DNA of 64,000 bases. Source: Octopus vulgaris (lineage: Eukaryota). The position numbers were made by a program, and so were the translations under genes. The notes under the pieces were generated by a model. The model was not told where the DNA came from and made no database searches. It saw only the letters and a list, made by a program, of their open reading frames with translations. Where the stretch lies: positions 23,684,001 through 23,748,000 of the forward strand of contig OX597821.1 in the NCBI GenBank assembly GCA_951406725.2, given 5' to 3'. Below, piece after piece: positions 14,672 through 27,477 of the stretch (position 1 is the first letter of the stretch; each line of letters starts with the position of its first letter).

Positions 14672-14759
14672 TGACGATTGTCTCTAATATAAGCAGGAGG
14701 CCTGAGATCTGGAGGAAAAAGTTAGTCGATTACGTCGATCCCAGCACTTGACGAGTACT

Positions 14760-15556
14760 CAGGGTCGGATTAAGACTGATAGAGGCCCTAAGCACTTGAA
14801 AGATTTTGGTGCCCCCATGTATGTGTAATTCAAAATATAAACAACAATAAATCATAAAATAAATTTTCTATTCAACAAAATGAAATAGGCGCAGGAGTGG
14901 CTGTGTGGTAAGTAGCTTGTTTACCAACCACATGGTTCGGGGTTCAGTTCCACTGCGTGGCACCTTGGGCAAGTGTCTTCTACTATAGCCTCGGGCCGAC
15001 CAAAGCCTTGTGAGTGGATTTGGTAGACGGAAACTGAAAGAAGCCCGTCGTATATATATGTATATATATATGCGTGTGTGTTTGTGCGTCTGTGTTTGTC
15101 CCCCTAGCATTGCTTGACAACCGATGCTGGTGTGTTTACGTCCCCGTCACCTAGCGGTTCGGCAAAAGAGACCGATAGAATAAGTACTGGACTTACAAAA
15201 GAATAAGCCCCGGGGTCGAGTTGCTCGACTAAAGGCGGTGCTCCAGCATGGCCGCAGTCAAATGACTGAAACAAGTAAAAGAGTAAAAGAGAGAGAGAAC
15301 TAACAGTAAAATGGAAAATGATGTTTATTTTCGCATACTTCCACTTCATGTATATTCGAAAAATGTTGTCCCACTTTGTTTTTTAATTTACAAAGTCGTT
15401 AACCAGACCCTACCACTTCGAATATCATTTTAGCAAGTATAAGGTGATTTCGTTTGTGACGTAAACCATTTACCATTTCTTTGGGGTCCCCCACCCTCGC
15501 CTTCTGTTAATGCCCTAAGCACGAGCTTATTTTGTTTAATAGTTAATCCAGCACTG
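14760..15556. mobile_element. hAT-like non-autonomous element containing a nested SINE A
   Basis: Imperfect TIRs cagggtcggattaa / ttaatccagcactg and subterminal ccctaagcac repeats; no clear TSD. Confidence 0.5.
14887..15292 (+). mobile_element. SINE family A, full length
   Basis: Matches consensus. Confidence 0.92.
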
Positions 15557-16199
15557 CTTTAATTATATTTTCCTCCCCACTCCCACCCCCGGAGGAATAA
15601 TAAACAAAGTTAATTTCAGGGGGATTTGAACTCAGAGCAGTTCAGAAAATTCACAAGACATTTTGTTCGACGCTCTTTTTTTTTGCAAATCCACTACACT
15701 CATTATATTGAGCTTATAAAGAGACATTCTCAGACACACAGACACACAGACAGACACCCATATAAGGTAACATTCAGTGACCAGAATAAAAATAATTCAT
15801 TAGCATCAAGTCTGAGGTTTGTTTTATCGTTTATTCTGTTTAATTAACATGTACGTACGTAATTGTCGTTAAGTTTGAGGTGTTTGTCGAGGGAGGGAGA
15901 GAGAAGGGGAGGGAGAAAGAAGGGGAAGAAGAGAGGGGGAGGGAGGGAGTGAGAGAGGGAGGGAGAGAGATTGAGTGCAAAATGAGAGAGAGAAAGAGAG
16001 GTAGCGGGGGAAGACTGATAGCGAAAGTGATAAGAGAGGGAGAGAGAATGTGTGTGGAGGGGTGAGAAGAGGAGGAGGAGGAGGAGGAGAGGGAAAAAAA
16101 AAGAGAGATGAAAACCATGAATGCAATTACTACAAAAACAACTACAAAAAAAAAACAATAAATAACAGTAATAACAATAGGAATGGAGAGCACTGCATC

Positions 16200-16245
16200 A
16201 AAATACAAACACCAACGATAACAACAATATCAGCATCATCAACTA

Positions 16246-16302
<57 letters not shown>

Positions 16303-16417
16303 ATGATGCTAGTGATGGTGTTGCTGCTACTTTTATCATAATGAAAACCACCACCATTGCTGCTGCTGCTACTACTACTACTGCTACTGCTACAACAACA
16401 ACAACAATTACTACTAT

Positions 16418-16450
<33 letters not shown>

Positions 16451-16703
16451 AACTACTACATAAACAATGTTGTAATTAAAAACCACCGTTATTAATTAGC
16501 CCTAGTCTCTCTTTATTAAGTTTGACAGAATTTCCGTGAGGGTGGGGATGACGGTGGGAATATGAGGGAGAGGGTACCTAAATGATTACCACCACCACCA
16601 CCACCACCACCACCACCACCACTATCACGATCATCCTCATCATCCTCATTCTCATCATCATCACCATGAAATCATCACCACCATCACTACCACCACCACC
16701 ACC

Positions 16704-16737
<34 letters not shown>

Positions 16738-16920
16738 TCATAACCACCAACATCATCACTCTCACCATCGTCACTTTTATTATCATCACCACTGATACAG
16801 CCGCAAACATCAACACTACGACTGCCAGAGTCACCCACTATACACAAAACACAAGCCATGTCATATACCTTCCACAATAAACCGTCACCACCACCACTAC
16901 CACCACCACCAACAACAACA
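16200..16920. repeat. Compound trinucleotide microsatellites (ACT, GCT, GAT, ACC, ATC)
   Basis: Direct reading. Confidence 0.9.
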
Positions 16921-17154
16921 TGTCTGGGCCCCTCAATCACTCCGACAAAAAAAAAATTAGCAGCGTATTTCGAATTAGCACTGGTTGCGCACACAAACCA
17001 ATTACGCAATGAAATGAAAATGAAAGACCATCTGGACGGGAGAAGAGCACAGTTGTTGTTGTTGTTGTCTTTGTCGTCGTCGTCATCGTCGTCGTGGTAG
17101 CTGTTGTAATTGTTTAACCCTGGTGTAAGATTGTCTCGTTTGTAATTACCTTAT

Positions 17155-17540
17155 GGATGAAAGCACTCCGTCGATTACGACGACGAGGGTTCCGGTTGAT
17201 CCGATCAACGGAACAGCCTGCTCATGAAATTAACGTGCAAGTGGCTGAGCACTCCACAGACACGTGTACCCTTAAAGTAGTTCTCGGCAATATTCAACGT
17301 AACACAGAGAGTGACAAGGCCGGCCCTTTGAAATACAGGTACAACAGAAACAGGAAGAAAGAGGGAGAGAAAGTTGTGGTGAAAGAGTACAGCGGGGATC
17401 ACCACCATCCCTGCCGGAGCCTCGTGGAACTTTAGGTGTTTTCGCTCAATAAACACTCACAACGCCCGGTCTGGGAATCGAAACCGCGATCCTACGACCG
17501 CGAGTCCGCTGCCCTAACCACTGGGCCATTGCGCCTCCAC
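17155..17540 (-). mobile_element. SINE family B, full length with 11-bp TSD (tail type 2)
   Basis: TSD aattaccttat at 17144-17154 and 17541-17551; tRNA-like head; tail ccacttgcacgttaatttc...ggaaccctcgtcgtcgtaatcgacggagtgc. Confidence 0.9.
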
Positions 17541-18176
17541 AATTACCTTATAATCATATGATCAAAAGAAATCCAGGTGTGACCATTCCTTCATTCCTAA
17601 GGTTACATTGTCTAAAGCTGGATATCGTTTGAGGAATATTCGGTTGCTGTTTCTAGCAGGTTGAGAGACCATGTAGCTACTCTCTCCATCGTTAGCTCAG
17701 ACAGGCTCGGGTTAAGTACTTTGTTGTGGCAGCAAGCTCTAGACCCCACAGTCTTTGAGTTGAATCCACCCCAATTACCCTGGCACATATGAAATACTCT
17801 AAAATTGCAGCTCCAAACCTGGAGTTCACGGATGCTTGTCGGTCCACAAAAGTAGTATGGGGTAAGGTGGGGTGAGGTCCGGGAGCTGAATTCAGAATTT
17901 GTTGAGTAGACAGACTTTTCAAAAACCTAGGGTGCGTCGAAAAATATACTTAAATAAAAGCAATCCTTGGCGAAGAAAGGGTTAGGAAATGTTATTCCAC
18001 AACTCTACAACTTTCACAACGGAGTGGAACACAATCTTTCACATTCAGTTCAGACATAATACATAATATAACAATCCCGGAACCACGTCATCTTAAGGAG
18101 CCCACTTCACAGTTTCCATATATATGTATGTGTGTGTATGTATGTATGTATGTATGTATGTATGTATGTATGTATG

Positions 18177-18236
<60 letters not shown>

Positions 18237-18239
18237 AAT

Positions 18240-18555
18240 ATTTCTAAATCTCTCTAAAGGAGACTATGGCAGCGGTACCTGGATATTAATAGTTATCGCC
18301 AAGCTAACATGGCAGTCCAGATAAATAGGACGAATGCTGCCGTTGATTAGTTCCAAGAGGTCATCGCCTCTAGCTAGCTATGTGACACACGAATCTGTGT
18401 CCATTATAACCTTCGAACAGGGGAGGTCAGCCGCTTCCTCTTGCTGGTCTGGCATCTACAGACTAGTTTCGGGGTATTTTTCCATTATCAATGTAGAGCA
18501 GCCAAACCCAGCAGGCGTCGCTGCTGACCATCTGTTCGAAGGATTATTCACCTAA
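18240..18555 (-). ncRNA. Structured ~310-nt element with a degenerate type I hammerhead (retrozyme-like)
   Basis: Minus 18496-18456: CUACA-uUGAUaA-(stem II)-GAAA-CUAG-UC-UGUAG; stem I extends into a long rod (ccttcgaacag/ctgttcgaagg, ggtcagc/gctgacc, tgctgg/ccagca). Confidence 0.6.
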
Positions 18556-18698
18556 ATTCAGTACTTATTTTTTTGTACTTGGTACATATTCTATCGGGGT
18601 CTTTTGGCGAATCTCAGTTACAGGGACGGAGACACACAGAAGCAAAGACATACATACATAGATTCGTATGTATATATATATATATATGCGTGTTTATA

Positions 18699-19918
18699 CA
18701 GAGTGTCCCAAAAATATGTATACACACTTTAGCAGCTGATAACTCAATTGATGCTTTTCCTTTCCAGATGAAACCCATTGGAACTAATGATGGTAGTCAG
18801 ACTAAGCTTTGAACAAAGTAAATTGAAGCTAAAATGCTACTGGAAGTGTGAAAACGCAGTTGAAGTGCAAAGACAGTTTAGGGGGGAGTTTCCAACAGAT
18901 CCATTAACGCGACTTACCATCACTCGAATTAGAGACAAGTTTGAAGCCGATGGAACTATTCAGAATGTCCACAAGAAGCGTTCTGGAAGACCACGAACAT
19001 CGACAACCCCAGCAAAGCAGGAAGGATTGCTGGGAACGGATCACCAAAGCCCAAGAAAATTTCTGGGACAAGTGAGTCGTGAGGTAGGTGTTCCAAAATC
19101 GTCTGTCCAACGCATTTTGAAGCGTTGTCAATGGAAAAGTAACGTTCCAAGATTAGTCCAAGCTATTAATGTCGAAGATTCAAACCGAAGAGTGCAGTAT
19201 TGCGAGTGATACTTGGCACGATGCGTAGAAGATGCACACTTTTCAACAAAGATTGTGTGGAGTGATGAGGCCACATTCAAATTAAATGGTTCAATTAACC
19301 AGCGCAATAGCACCTACTGGGGACCTGAGAATCCGCATGTTAATTTACCAGGAGTTACAGTGTGGTGTGGCTTATCATCAAGAGAATTTATTGGACCATT
19401 CTTTTTTGGCGCTACTGTGACTGGTCCCGTTTACTTGAACTTGCTGCAACAGTCTGCCATGCCAAGCATTAGAGAAGACTTTGAAGACGAGAAGTTTTAT
19501 TTTCAGCAAGATGGAGCACCCCCACACTACCATCGCGATGTTAGATCCTTCCTTGATCAGATCTTATCAAACAGGTGGATCGGACGAAGGGGTTTCATTG
19601 AATACCCTCCACTTTCACCAGACCTCACACCACTAGACTTTTTTTATGGGGATACCTAAAAGACAAAGTCTACGCTATGAAACCTGCAACACTCGCTGAT
19701 TTGAGAGCATCCATTGAACGAGAATGCACACAAATACCTAACGAATTGTTTCGTGATGTTTGCGATTCCATTTCTTCGCGTTGACAGCAGGGACCGGACC
19801 AGGACGGACGTCTGTCTGAAAACAGGCGTTGACAAAACAATAAAATAATGTCTGTAAATTCTATTAAATTTTGAAAATTTAATAAATACCTACTTTACAA
19901 TTATTTAAAGTGTGTATA
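18699..19918 (+). mobile_element. Tc1/mariner superfamily DD41D (rosa/VS-type) transposon
   Basis: TA plus left TIR cagagtgtcccaaaaatatgtatacacacttta; partial right TIR taaagtgtgtata at 19906-19918. Confidence 0.88.
18787..19832 (+). pseudogene. DD41D transposase pseudogene (DUF4817-like HTH plus DDD)
   Basis: ORFs 18778-19209 and 19213-19659 are in frame, split by TGA; motifs [31 protein letters not shown] with 41 residues between the 2nd and 3rd D; frameshift before WGYLKDKVY. Confidence 0.92.
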
Positions 19919-19921
19919 ACC

Positions 19922-19924
<3 letters not shown>

Positions 19925-19967
<43 letters not shown>

Positions 19968-20389
19968 GGCAGTTTGTCTGTCTGTGTGTCTGTGTGTCTG
20001 TCAGGTTGTACCCTCACCCTGACCACGGCTTTCAACCGATTCTGATGAAACTTGACACACACATAGCCCAATGTCATAATTCAAAACTAACGCAGTGAAA
20101 ATTTTGAAAAGTTCCCCCAGTTCTGAAAAAATCGATAAATTCGACATGGGGTCGAGAATCTAAGCTTTTTATATGCAACACATTTTCTGTCTAGGGGACA
20201 CAACTCGACCTTTTTATCGCCCAAAGGGACAGCTAGAAACATCGTATACACAGAAGTATTCGAGTGAAGAGAAGACATTGCAACCTACACATGCGCCTTC
20301 GTTCCCTAGAGGGAAAAGGACTAGATTGGGATTAGTCGTTGCCTACTAGGGCTCTTACATACCCGGGCAACGCCGGGCTATGCTGCTAG
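19925..20389 (+). mobile_element. Non-autonomous Helitron
   Basis: 5' (TA)n-aaacggcagtttgtctgtctgtgtg...caaccgattctgatgaaactt; 3' hairpin cccgggcaacgccggg (20362-20377), CTAG 20386-20389, then T. Confidence 0.85.
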
Positions 20390-20405
20390 TATATATATAT
20401 ATGTA

Positions 20406-20570
<165 letters not shown>

Positions 20571-20691
20571 ACGAGGGGTATCTTTCAGTGCCCGTCTATC
20601 AAATCCACTCCCGAGGCTTTAGTTGGCCTGAGGCTATTGTAGGAAACACTTGCTCAAGTGGGACTGAACCAAGTACCATGTGGTTGGGAAG

Positions 20692-20744
<53 letters not shown>

Positions 20745-20756
20745 CGTACACACACA

Positions 20757-21990
20757 TCGTATTTAGGGATGTTCTTTGGATTGTCCTTAGAAAGGTAGAT
20801 GTTCCCGGAAAGATGCTCAATGTCATCATTTCTTTCCATCAAGGGATGATGGCTTCTGTCAGATATAGCGGGAAAGTGTTTGTTTCATTCTCAGTCTCTA
20901 ATGAGACATAACAAGGCTGTGTTCTTGCACCGCTCTTATCTGCTTTGTATTTCTCTGTCATGTTGGAAACAGCGTTCGAGGATGTTAAAGAAGGAGTAAA
21001 GCTTGAGTACAGAACTGGTGGTGGCAAAAACTAAGACTTTGGTGCAAGCAGTTCGATATTTGCTCTTCTCAGACGATTGTGCGCTTGTAGCACACACTCT
21101 TGAAGACACAGAACGGATTCTAAACAACTTCTCGCGTGCATCGGAAGCTTTTGGTCTGACCATCAGCATCAAGAAAACAGTGTTTGTCCATCAGCCCATT
21201 CGTGGCTATCTTCCCGCTGTTGCCCCTACTGTATATGTTGATGGGAAAGCATTAAAAACTGTTTCCTTCTTCATTTATCTTAGTTCCATTGTGTCCAATG
21301 TTGCTAAGATGGATAAAGAAATTCAGTCCAGGATCGGAAAGGCCAGCTCCGCTTTCGGTAAGCTTTATCACAGGCTTTGGAACAACCATGATGTATCGTT
21401 GAAGGTGAAAATAGATGTACATAAGTCGGTGGTCTTGACAACATTGCTTTATGGTATTGAATTTTGGACTCTGTGCCAAAAACACATAAACTAGCTTGAC
21501 GCTTTTCATACGCGATGCTTGCGTACTATCTCCAACATAAAACTGAGTGACCTAAGAAAATACAAAACATCAGGTATTGAAGCCATTCTCATAAAAATAC
21601 AGCTTAGATGGTCGGATAATCTCTGAGGGATGAGTGATATCAGAATCCGAGCAACTTCTTTTAGGTCAATTTCCAATAGGCAGGTCAGTTGGATGACCAC
21701 TCTTCCTCTTCAGAGACAAACTAAAAGACAATCTGAAGCGATGCAACATTCTTCTTTTCTTCCTGGGAAAGCAAAGCACCAGAACGCAGGACCTGGTGCC
21801 AATCCCGCTTCTTCTCAGTTCAAAGACTTGAGCAAAGCCGATTCCAGCATCGGGACTAACTTGATGCAAGCATGAAGGCACGCTGGCAAAACGCTGCTCG
21901 TCCAAATGGAAACCTTACCTGTCATTGTAGTTTTGTGGCACGAAGCAAAGCAGGCCCTGTCGTCCACTCAAGAAAACACATAGTAAATGA
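20757..21990 (+). pseudogene. RTE-clade LINE reverse transcriptase, 5'-truncated and decayed
   Basis: QGCVLAPLL, LLFSDDCAL, FGLTISIKKT, RIGKASSAFGKL, LLYGIEFWTL; C-terminal Cys/His relic. Confidence 0.92.
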
Positions 21991-22206
21991 TCCACAAGCA
22001 CTCAAGACAACTGAGTCCTCAATTTGTTCCATTTCCCAAAAGGTTTGTAAAAATACCAGTAGGCCCCGTGTACGTAGAACATGATTACTGCTTTATTTTA
22101 CTGAACACTCATTTTGTCGTTCACGACAAGAGAATCCATCATATAAATACACATACACATACTCTCTCTCTCTCTCACACACACACAACACACACACACA
22201 CACACA

Positions 22207-22282
<76 letters not shown>

Positions 22283-22285
<3 letters not shown>

Positions 22286-22417
22286 ACATGCCACGATAAC
22301 GAGTTAATTCATTCCAGAGAACGCTCGTAAACCGAAAACTCGTAAATAGAATAAATTGCAAAAGATTGTAAACTCGACATCTCGTAAAGTGGGCCCTCGT
22401 AAAGTGAGGTATTACTG
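22283..22417. mobile_element. Tigger-type MITE
   Basis: Ends ctcgtaaagtgaggtattactg+TA; internal ctcgtaaa repeats. Confidence 0.6.
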
Positions 22418-22715
22418 TATATACAATCATACTTCATCCTAGATCGTTAATTTGTTCCAGGGGACACGACTTGAGTCGAAATAACCATTATTTAAATGTA
22501 AATACATGTAATAATTAAAGCCTAGTCTAACCTAGGTTGTTTTTATGTTAGCCTACGAATTCGATAAATTGTTAGGCAAGTCGAGACTGTTTTTATATTA
22601 GAAAGATATAACTTCTAATACTGTGCCGTTGCTTACGTGATGGCTGGCGTCGGTGTGACTAATTGAGGCTAGTGTAGGAGGAGGCGGAGCTGACTCCTGG
22701 TTCGATGGTGTAGAT

Positions 22716-22916
22716 CAGTGGTTTTCAACCAGGGTTCCGCCAGTACAGTCCAGGGGTTCCGCAAGAAGTTACAAAACTGCTAAAATCGGCAGTAATTTTT
22801 AATTCTCCCGTGCAGATATGTGTGCATAAGACTATTAAATTATTTCACAGGGGTTCCTCGAGCCAGTGGAATGTTTCCTTGGGGTTCCGCTCCAGCAAAA
22901 AGTTTGAAAAGCACTG
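22716..22916 (+). mobile_element. hAT-Charlie-type MITE, 201 bp
   Basis: TIRs cagtggttttcaa / ttgaaaagcactg; 8-bp TSD GTGTAGAT at 22708-22715 and 22917-22924. Confidence 0.95.
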
Positions 22917-23041
22917 GTGTAGATCGTTGTGCGAACTTGTCTAAAGTTCCTTGAATTGTCTTTTTCTTTTCTCTTCAAGGATTTGGTAATAAGGTGCAAT
23001 AGTATCTTGACAACCCACCAATATTTTTACAAAACGTTTTT

Positions 23042-23395
23042 TAAGGCGGCGAGCTGGCATAAACGTTAGCACGCTGGGTAAAATGCTTAGCGGTATTTCG
23101 TCTGCCGTTACATTCTGAGTTCAAACTCCGCCGAAGTCGACTTCGCCTTTCATCCTTTCGGGGTCGATAAACTAAATACCAGTTACGTACTGAGAACGAT
23201 CTAATCGACTTAATCCGTTTGTCTGTCCTTGTTTGTTCCCTCTGTGTTTAGCCCCTTTTGGGTAGTAAAGAAATAGGTATTTCGTCTGTCTTTATGTTCT
23301 GAGTTCAAATTCCGCCAAAGTCGACTTCGCCTTTCATCCTTTCGGGGTCGATAAACTAAGTACCAGTTACGTACTGGGAACGATCTAATCGACTG
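23042..23395 (+). mobile_element. SINE family C head-to-tail dimer
   Basis: One head followed by two body units restarting at ggtatttcgtctg. Confidence 0.88.
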
Positions 23396-23419
23396 CCCCC
23401 CCCCCCCCATTGTGCCTAG

Positions 23420-23579
23420 AGGAGTGGCTGTGTGGTAAGTAGCTTGTTTACCAACCACATGGTCCGGGGTTCAGTCCAACTGCGTGGCACCTTGGGCAAG
23501 TGTCTTCTACTATAGCCTCGGGTCGACCAAAGCCTTGTGAGTGGATTTGGTCGACGGAAACTGAAAGAAGCCCGTCGTA

Positions 23580-23652
<73 letters not shown>

Positions 23653-23876
23653 GTGTGTGCGTTTGTGTGTCTGTGTTTGTCCCCCTAGCATTGCTTGACA
23701 ACCGATGCTGGTGTGTTTATGTCTCCGTTACTTAGCGGTTCGGCACAAGAGACCGATAGAATAAGTACTGAGCTTACAAGAGAATAAGTCCCGGGGTCGA
23801 GTTGCTCGATTAAATGCGGTGCTCCAGCATGGCCGCAGTCAGATGACTGAAACAAGTAAAAGAGTAAAAGAGTAAA
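23420..23876 (+). mobile_element. SINE family A
   Basis: Matches consensus. Confidence 0.9.
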
Positions 23877-24229
23877 TAAAGAATATTTTTTACAAATAAA
23901 GCAAGACATTTATCTAAATGAGAAAAAGCCTCTTGCATTTTCTTCAACGTAAAACGACAAGGCCCGGGATCAGGATTTCCTTCTTCTTCTTCCTTTTTCT
24001 GTTGTTCATGAAGTTCCATCAACTCTTCGTTTTTCAGGAGCTGTTTATCTTTCCCAAATAATTCATTAAAATCTTGTTCTTCCGACTCCATTTCCAGTTC
24101 ATTACTCAACTGCACCAAGGTCATGTTCCTAATTGTCAAAGCCCTTAAAGTCATTGACATATTGTGGGCACAGCTTTTCCCACACACCATTCATAGCCGT
24201 GCTCTTCATCTCCTTTCACGCAGCTGCTA

Positions 24230-24545
24230 TACTCTTTACTCTTTTACTTGTTTCAGTCATTTGACTGTGGCCATGGTGGAGCACCGCCTTTAATTGAGCA
24301 ACTCGACCCCGGGACTTATTCTTTTGTAAGCCCAGTACTTATTCTATCGGTCTCTTTTGCCGAACCGCTAAGTAACGGGGATATAAACACACCAGCATCG
24401 GTTGTCAAGCAATGCTAGAGGGACAAACACAGACACACAAACACACAAACGCATATATATACATACATACATACATACATATATACGACGGGCTTCTTTC
24501 AGTTTCCGTCTACCAAATCCACTCACAAGGCTTTGGTCGGCCCGA
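24230..24545 (-). mobile_element. SINE family A, head missing
   Basis: Tail and body only; the adjacent part of the Tigger DDE domain is also missing. Confidence 0.88.
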
Positions 24546-25327
24546 AGAGATACCTTGGGTATGTTCTTAAGAACTCGGAGGTTCAGTTCGTGATATACAA
24601 GCAGCGGTTTTGGCGTGCTATCGCCTGCACAGTTGCCTCCCACCATTAAGATCAAACGATAGCCAGGAATTATTTTCTCTTCTCTGGATATGAAAGAACG
24701 ATCTGATAATTTCTTCCAGTAAGTACCGGTCTCATCAACATTGAATCTTTGTTCGGGTAGAAATCCATTATCTTCAATAATCTTCGCTGATGTAGCAGGA
24801 AATTCCGCTGCAGCAACATCGTCAGCTGATGCCCTTACACCTAGTTTTTCGAGAGAGTGCAAATTCTGCCGCTGCTTAAACCTCATAAACCAGCCCTGAT
24901 TTTCATTAAATTCTACGTCTTTCTCATCTCTTTACTCTTTTACTCTTTTACTTGTTTCAGTCATTTGACTGCGGCCATGCCGGAGCACCGCCTTTAGTCG
25001 AGCAACTCAACCCCGGGACTTATTCATTGTAAGCCCAATACTTATTCTATCGGTCTCTTTTGCCGAACCGCTAAGTAACGGGGACATAAACACACCAGCA
25101 TCGGTTGTCAAGCAATGCTAGGGGGACAAACACAGACACACAAACACACACACGCATATATATATATATATATATATATAGATATACGACGGGCTTCTTT
25201 CAGTTTCCATCTACCAAATCCACTCACAAGGCTTTGGTCGGCCCGAGGCTATAGTAGAAGACACTTGCCCAAGGTGCCATGCAGTGGGACTGAACCCGGA
25301 ACCATGTGGTTGGTAAACAAGCTACTT

Positions 25328-27477
25328 TATTTCAACAATTTTGCCACTAGGGCAGTACACAGAGTAGCTACGGGCTGGACAAAGACATTAATGGATGATG
25401 GTGGTGGTGGATGAAGATGGTGATGGGAGAAGTCAAAAAGCGCCCGCCGACTTCCGCTTCTCTAAGACATTGTTCTTTTTTTTAATAAGTTCAATTTTCT
25501 TTTTTCTTTAGTTTCAATAAATCGACATGAGGTTGCAAACCTCTTACACGAAGGAGGCACTAAAACCTCTTACAAAGTTCTTTTTTTCATTTCTTTTGCC
25601 ACAAGGGCAGTATATGAATTCACAAAAATTCTCCCTGTCAGGTCCCCGAAGCAAATTGTCTTGCCGCCTGCAGACAACTCTGCGACGACAAGTCGAGGCC
25701 TGCAAAGAGAAAAGTAAAATGTTTCCTCTCAAAGGTCTTTGTAACCCTTGACAAAATGTTTTCCGTTACTACCTCCGCAGCTACCCACGGAGGCCATAAC
25801 GGACTCCTTGAGCTGACCGTGTCCTTGCGTTCTCGGTCACCCAAGCCATTCAAAAACTTTTCTACCTTCCCTCCCTTGTGGTGAAGGAGGAGAAACAACT
25901 CCTCTTCACAGGAAGGGACCTCACACTGATCCGTCAGTGGCACACTTTCCACTGACAGAGCACTGTCCGCGGGTGGCACACGTCCCACCCGCGGCTCCGT
26001 CGGCGACACAGAAACGTCAGCCGTCCGACCTCTTTTTCTTTTTTTTTCCTCTTTTTTTTAGAGGCTGCTAGCCCGGGGGGCTCCTTCGGCAGACACGGGG
26101 GTCGCTATCCTCCTCCTCCGTCTGTACGTTCTTTGGTGAGCAACCATTGTTGCTCACCTGTCTTTTTCTTTTCGTGGAGGCAACATCCTCCACGACTTCC
26201 ACCGTCTCCCCCTCCAATGAGGGGGCAGCGGGCACCTTTTCCTTTTCATGCTCCGGGGCAGCACCACGGCCACCGGGACACTTCCTCTTGATATGTCCAG
26301 GCTCCAGGCACAGGTGACACTTGGGGGGCGTCCCTCAAGCATCAACCGGATACCTGTACCCGGCCATCCTCAAAAAGTCCGGTAAAACCAGACTTTTGGC
26401 TGACTGGGTCCATAGGGTCAAAACAGCTCTTGACCCCTCCCAATCAGCCGCAGGCTGTACTTTTACGTTCAGTAGCTTGGAACTGCTACCATCCAAGCCC
26501 GGGCGGATAGAGTCCTCTATTCACTCGGGCTCAACGCCTGGTGGTAAGCCGCAGATCCAAGCTCTCAACAATTTTTCTCCCTTGTAATTTGGGAGAAACA
26601 ATATTTGTTTGCCCTCAATAGGCTGGCTTGCAAATTCGCAAGCTGCTTTAGGAGAGTCAAATAGCAACCAAACCGTTGCGTATTTAACTCCCCGTGCGAT
26701 ATATTTAACGGCTGGCATGTAGTCTGCCAGCTCGTTAACAATAGTGGCCTTTGGAAAGACTGCTATGGTGTCGAGCGACTTCGAATATGTCCTCAGCACC
26801 ACGATCTTTTCCTCGAGCTCATTCAAATATTTTTTGGGAGGTGTCAAATCCCACACAGTGAATTTCTTTGCCATAACGTAAGATTTAAAAACAGTTCAAA
26901 ATGTGATAAAATAAAATAAGACACAGAAAGGAGAATGAAAAATACAACAGAAGGGAAGAAATAAAATTAGAAATAGCAGTTCAAAAAAAGTTCTTTTTTA
27001 AAAAAATAAATGATAGACGGAGAAAGAGAGTTCAAATCCAGACAAAGGAATTAATTTTTTTTTTTTTTTTTGTTTTCACTTTTTTCGGCCAAAAAATTGT
27101 ATTCCAGGCCAAATGCACAGTTGGTAAAACACCTTGATAAAATAATCCTTGGTACTCCTTGGTAATTCCCGTGGATAACACAAAGACAATTTCAAAAACA
27201 ATTTTTGCAGACGGACTACGCCGCTTTAAAAATACAATTCTCACTGCAAAGTGAGTCTTTACACTCGACAACAGGCAGAAAAATTATATCTGGAGCAAAG
27301 TGGAGTTTATTATCTGCTAAAAAATATTAAATGCTAAAAAACATTAAATGCAAGTAATAGACTTCACTAAGCTCCCAAAAATACAAAACGCCTACCTGTA
27401 GTCGAGTCAAAAGTTCAACAATTCACGTTAAAACGTGACATTTGCCGGAGCGAAAAAAACGCGTCCGTTCGGTGAGA
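25328..27477 (-). mobile_element. ORF1-only non-LTR retroelement (L1/Tx1-like, HAL1-like) with 9-bp TSD
   Basis: TSD aagctactt at 25319-25327 and 27478-27486; ~600-bp 5' UTR, gag-like ORF, 3' end gaaataaa; no EN or RT motifs seen. Confidence 0.8.
25638..26874 (-). pseudogene. Gag-like ORF1 with RRM-like region and CCHC zinc knuckle
   Basis: MAKKFTVWDL...RAWICGLPPGVEPE*; CHLCLEPGHIKRKC (CX2CX4HX4C) at 26319-26278; basic low-complexity linker; stops and frameshifts present. Confidence 0.78.

Noticed and set aside
16050-17009. Poly-T/A/D/G/V ORFs resembling transcription factor low-complexity regions
   Set aside because: Pure trinucleotide microsatellites with no adjoining domain or splice support
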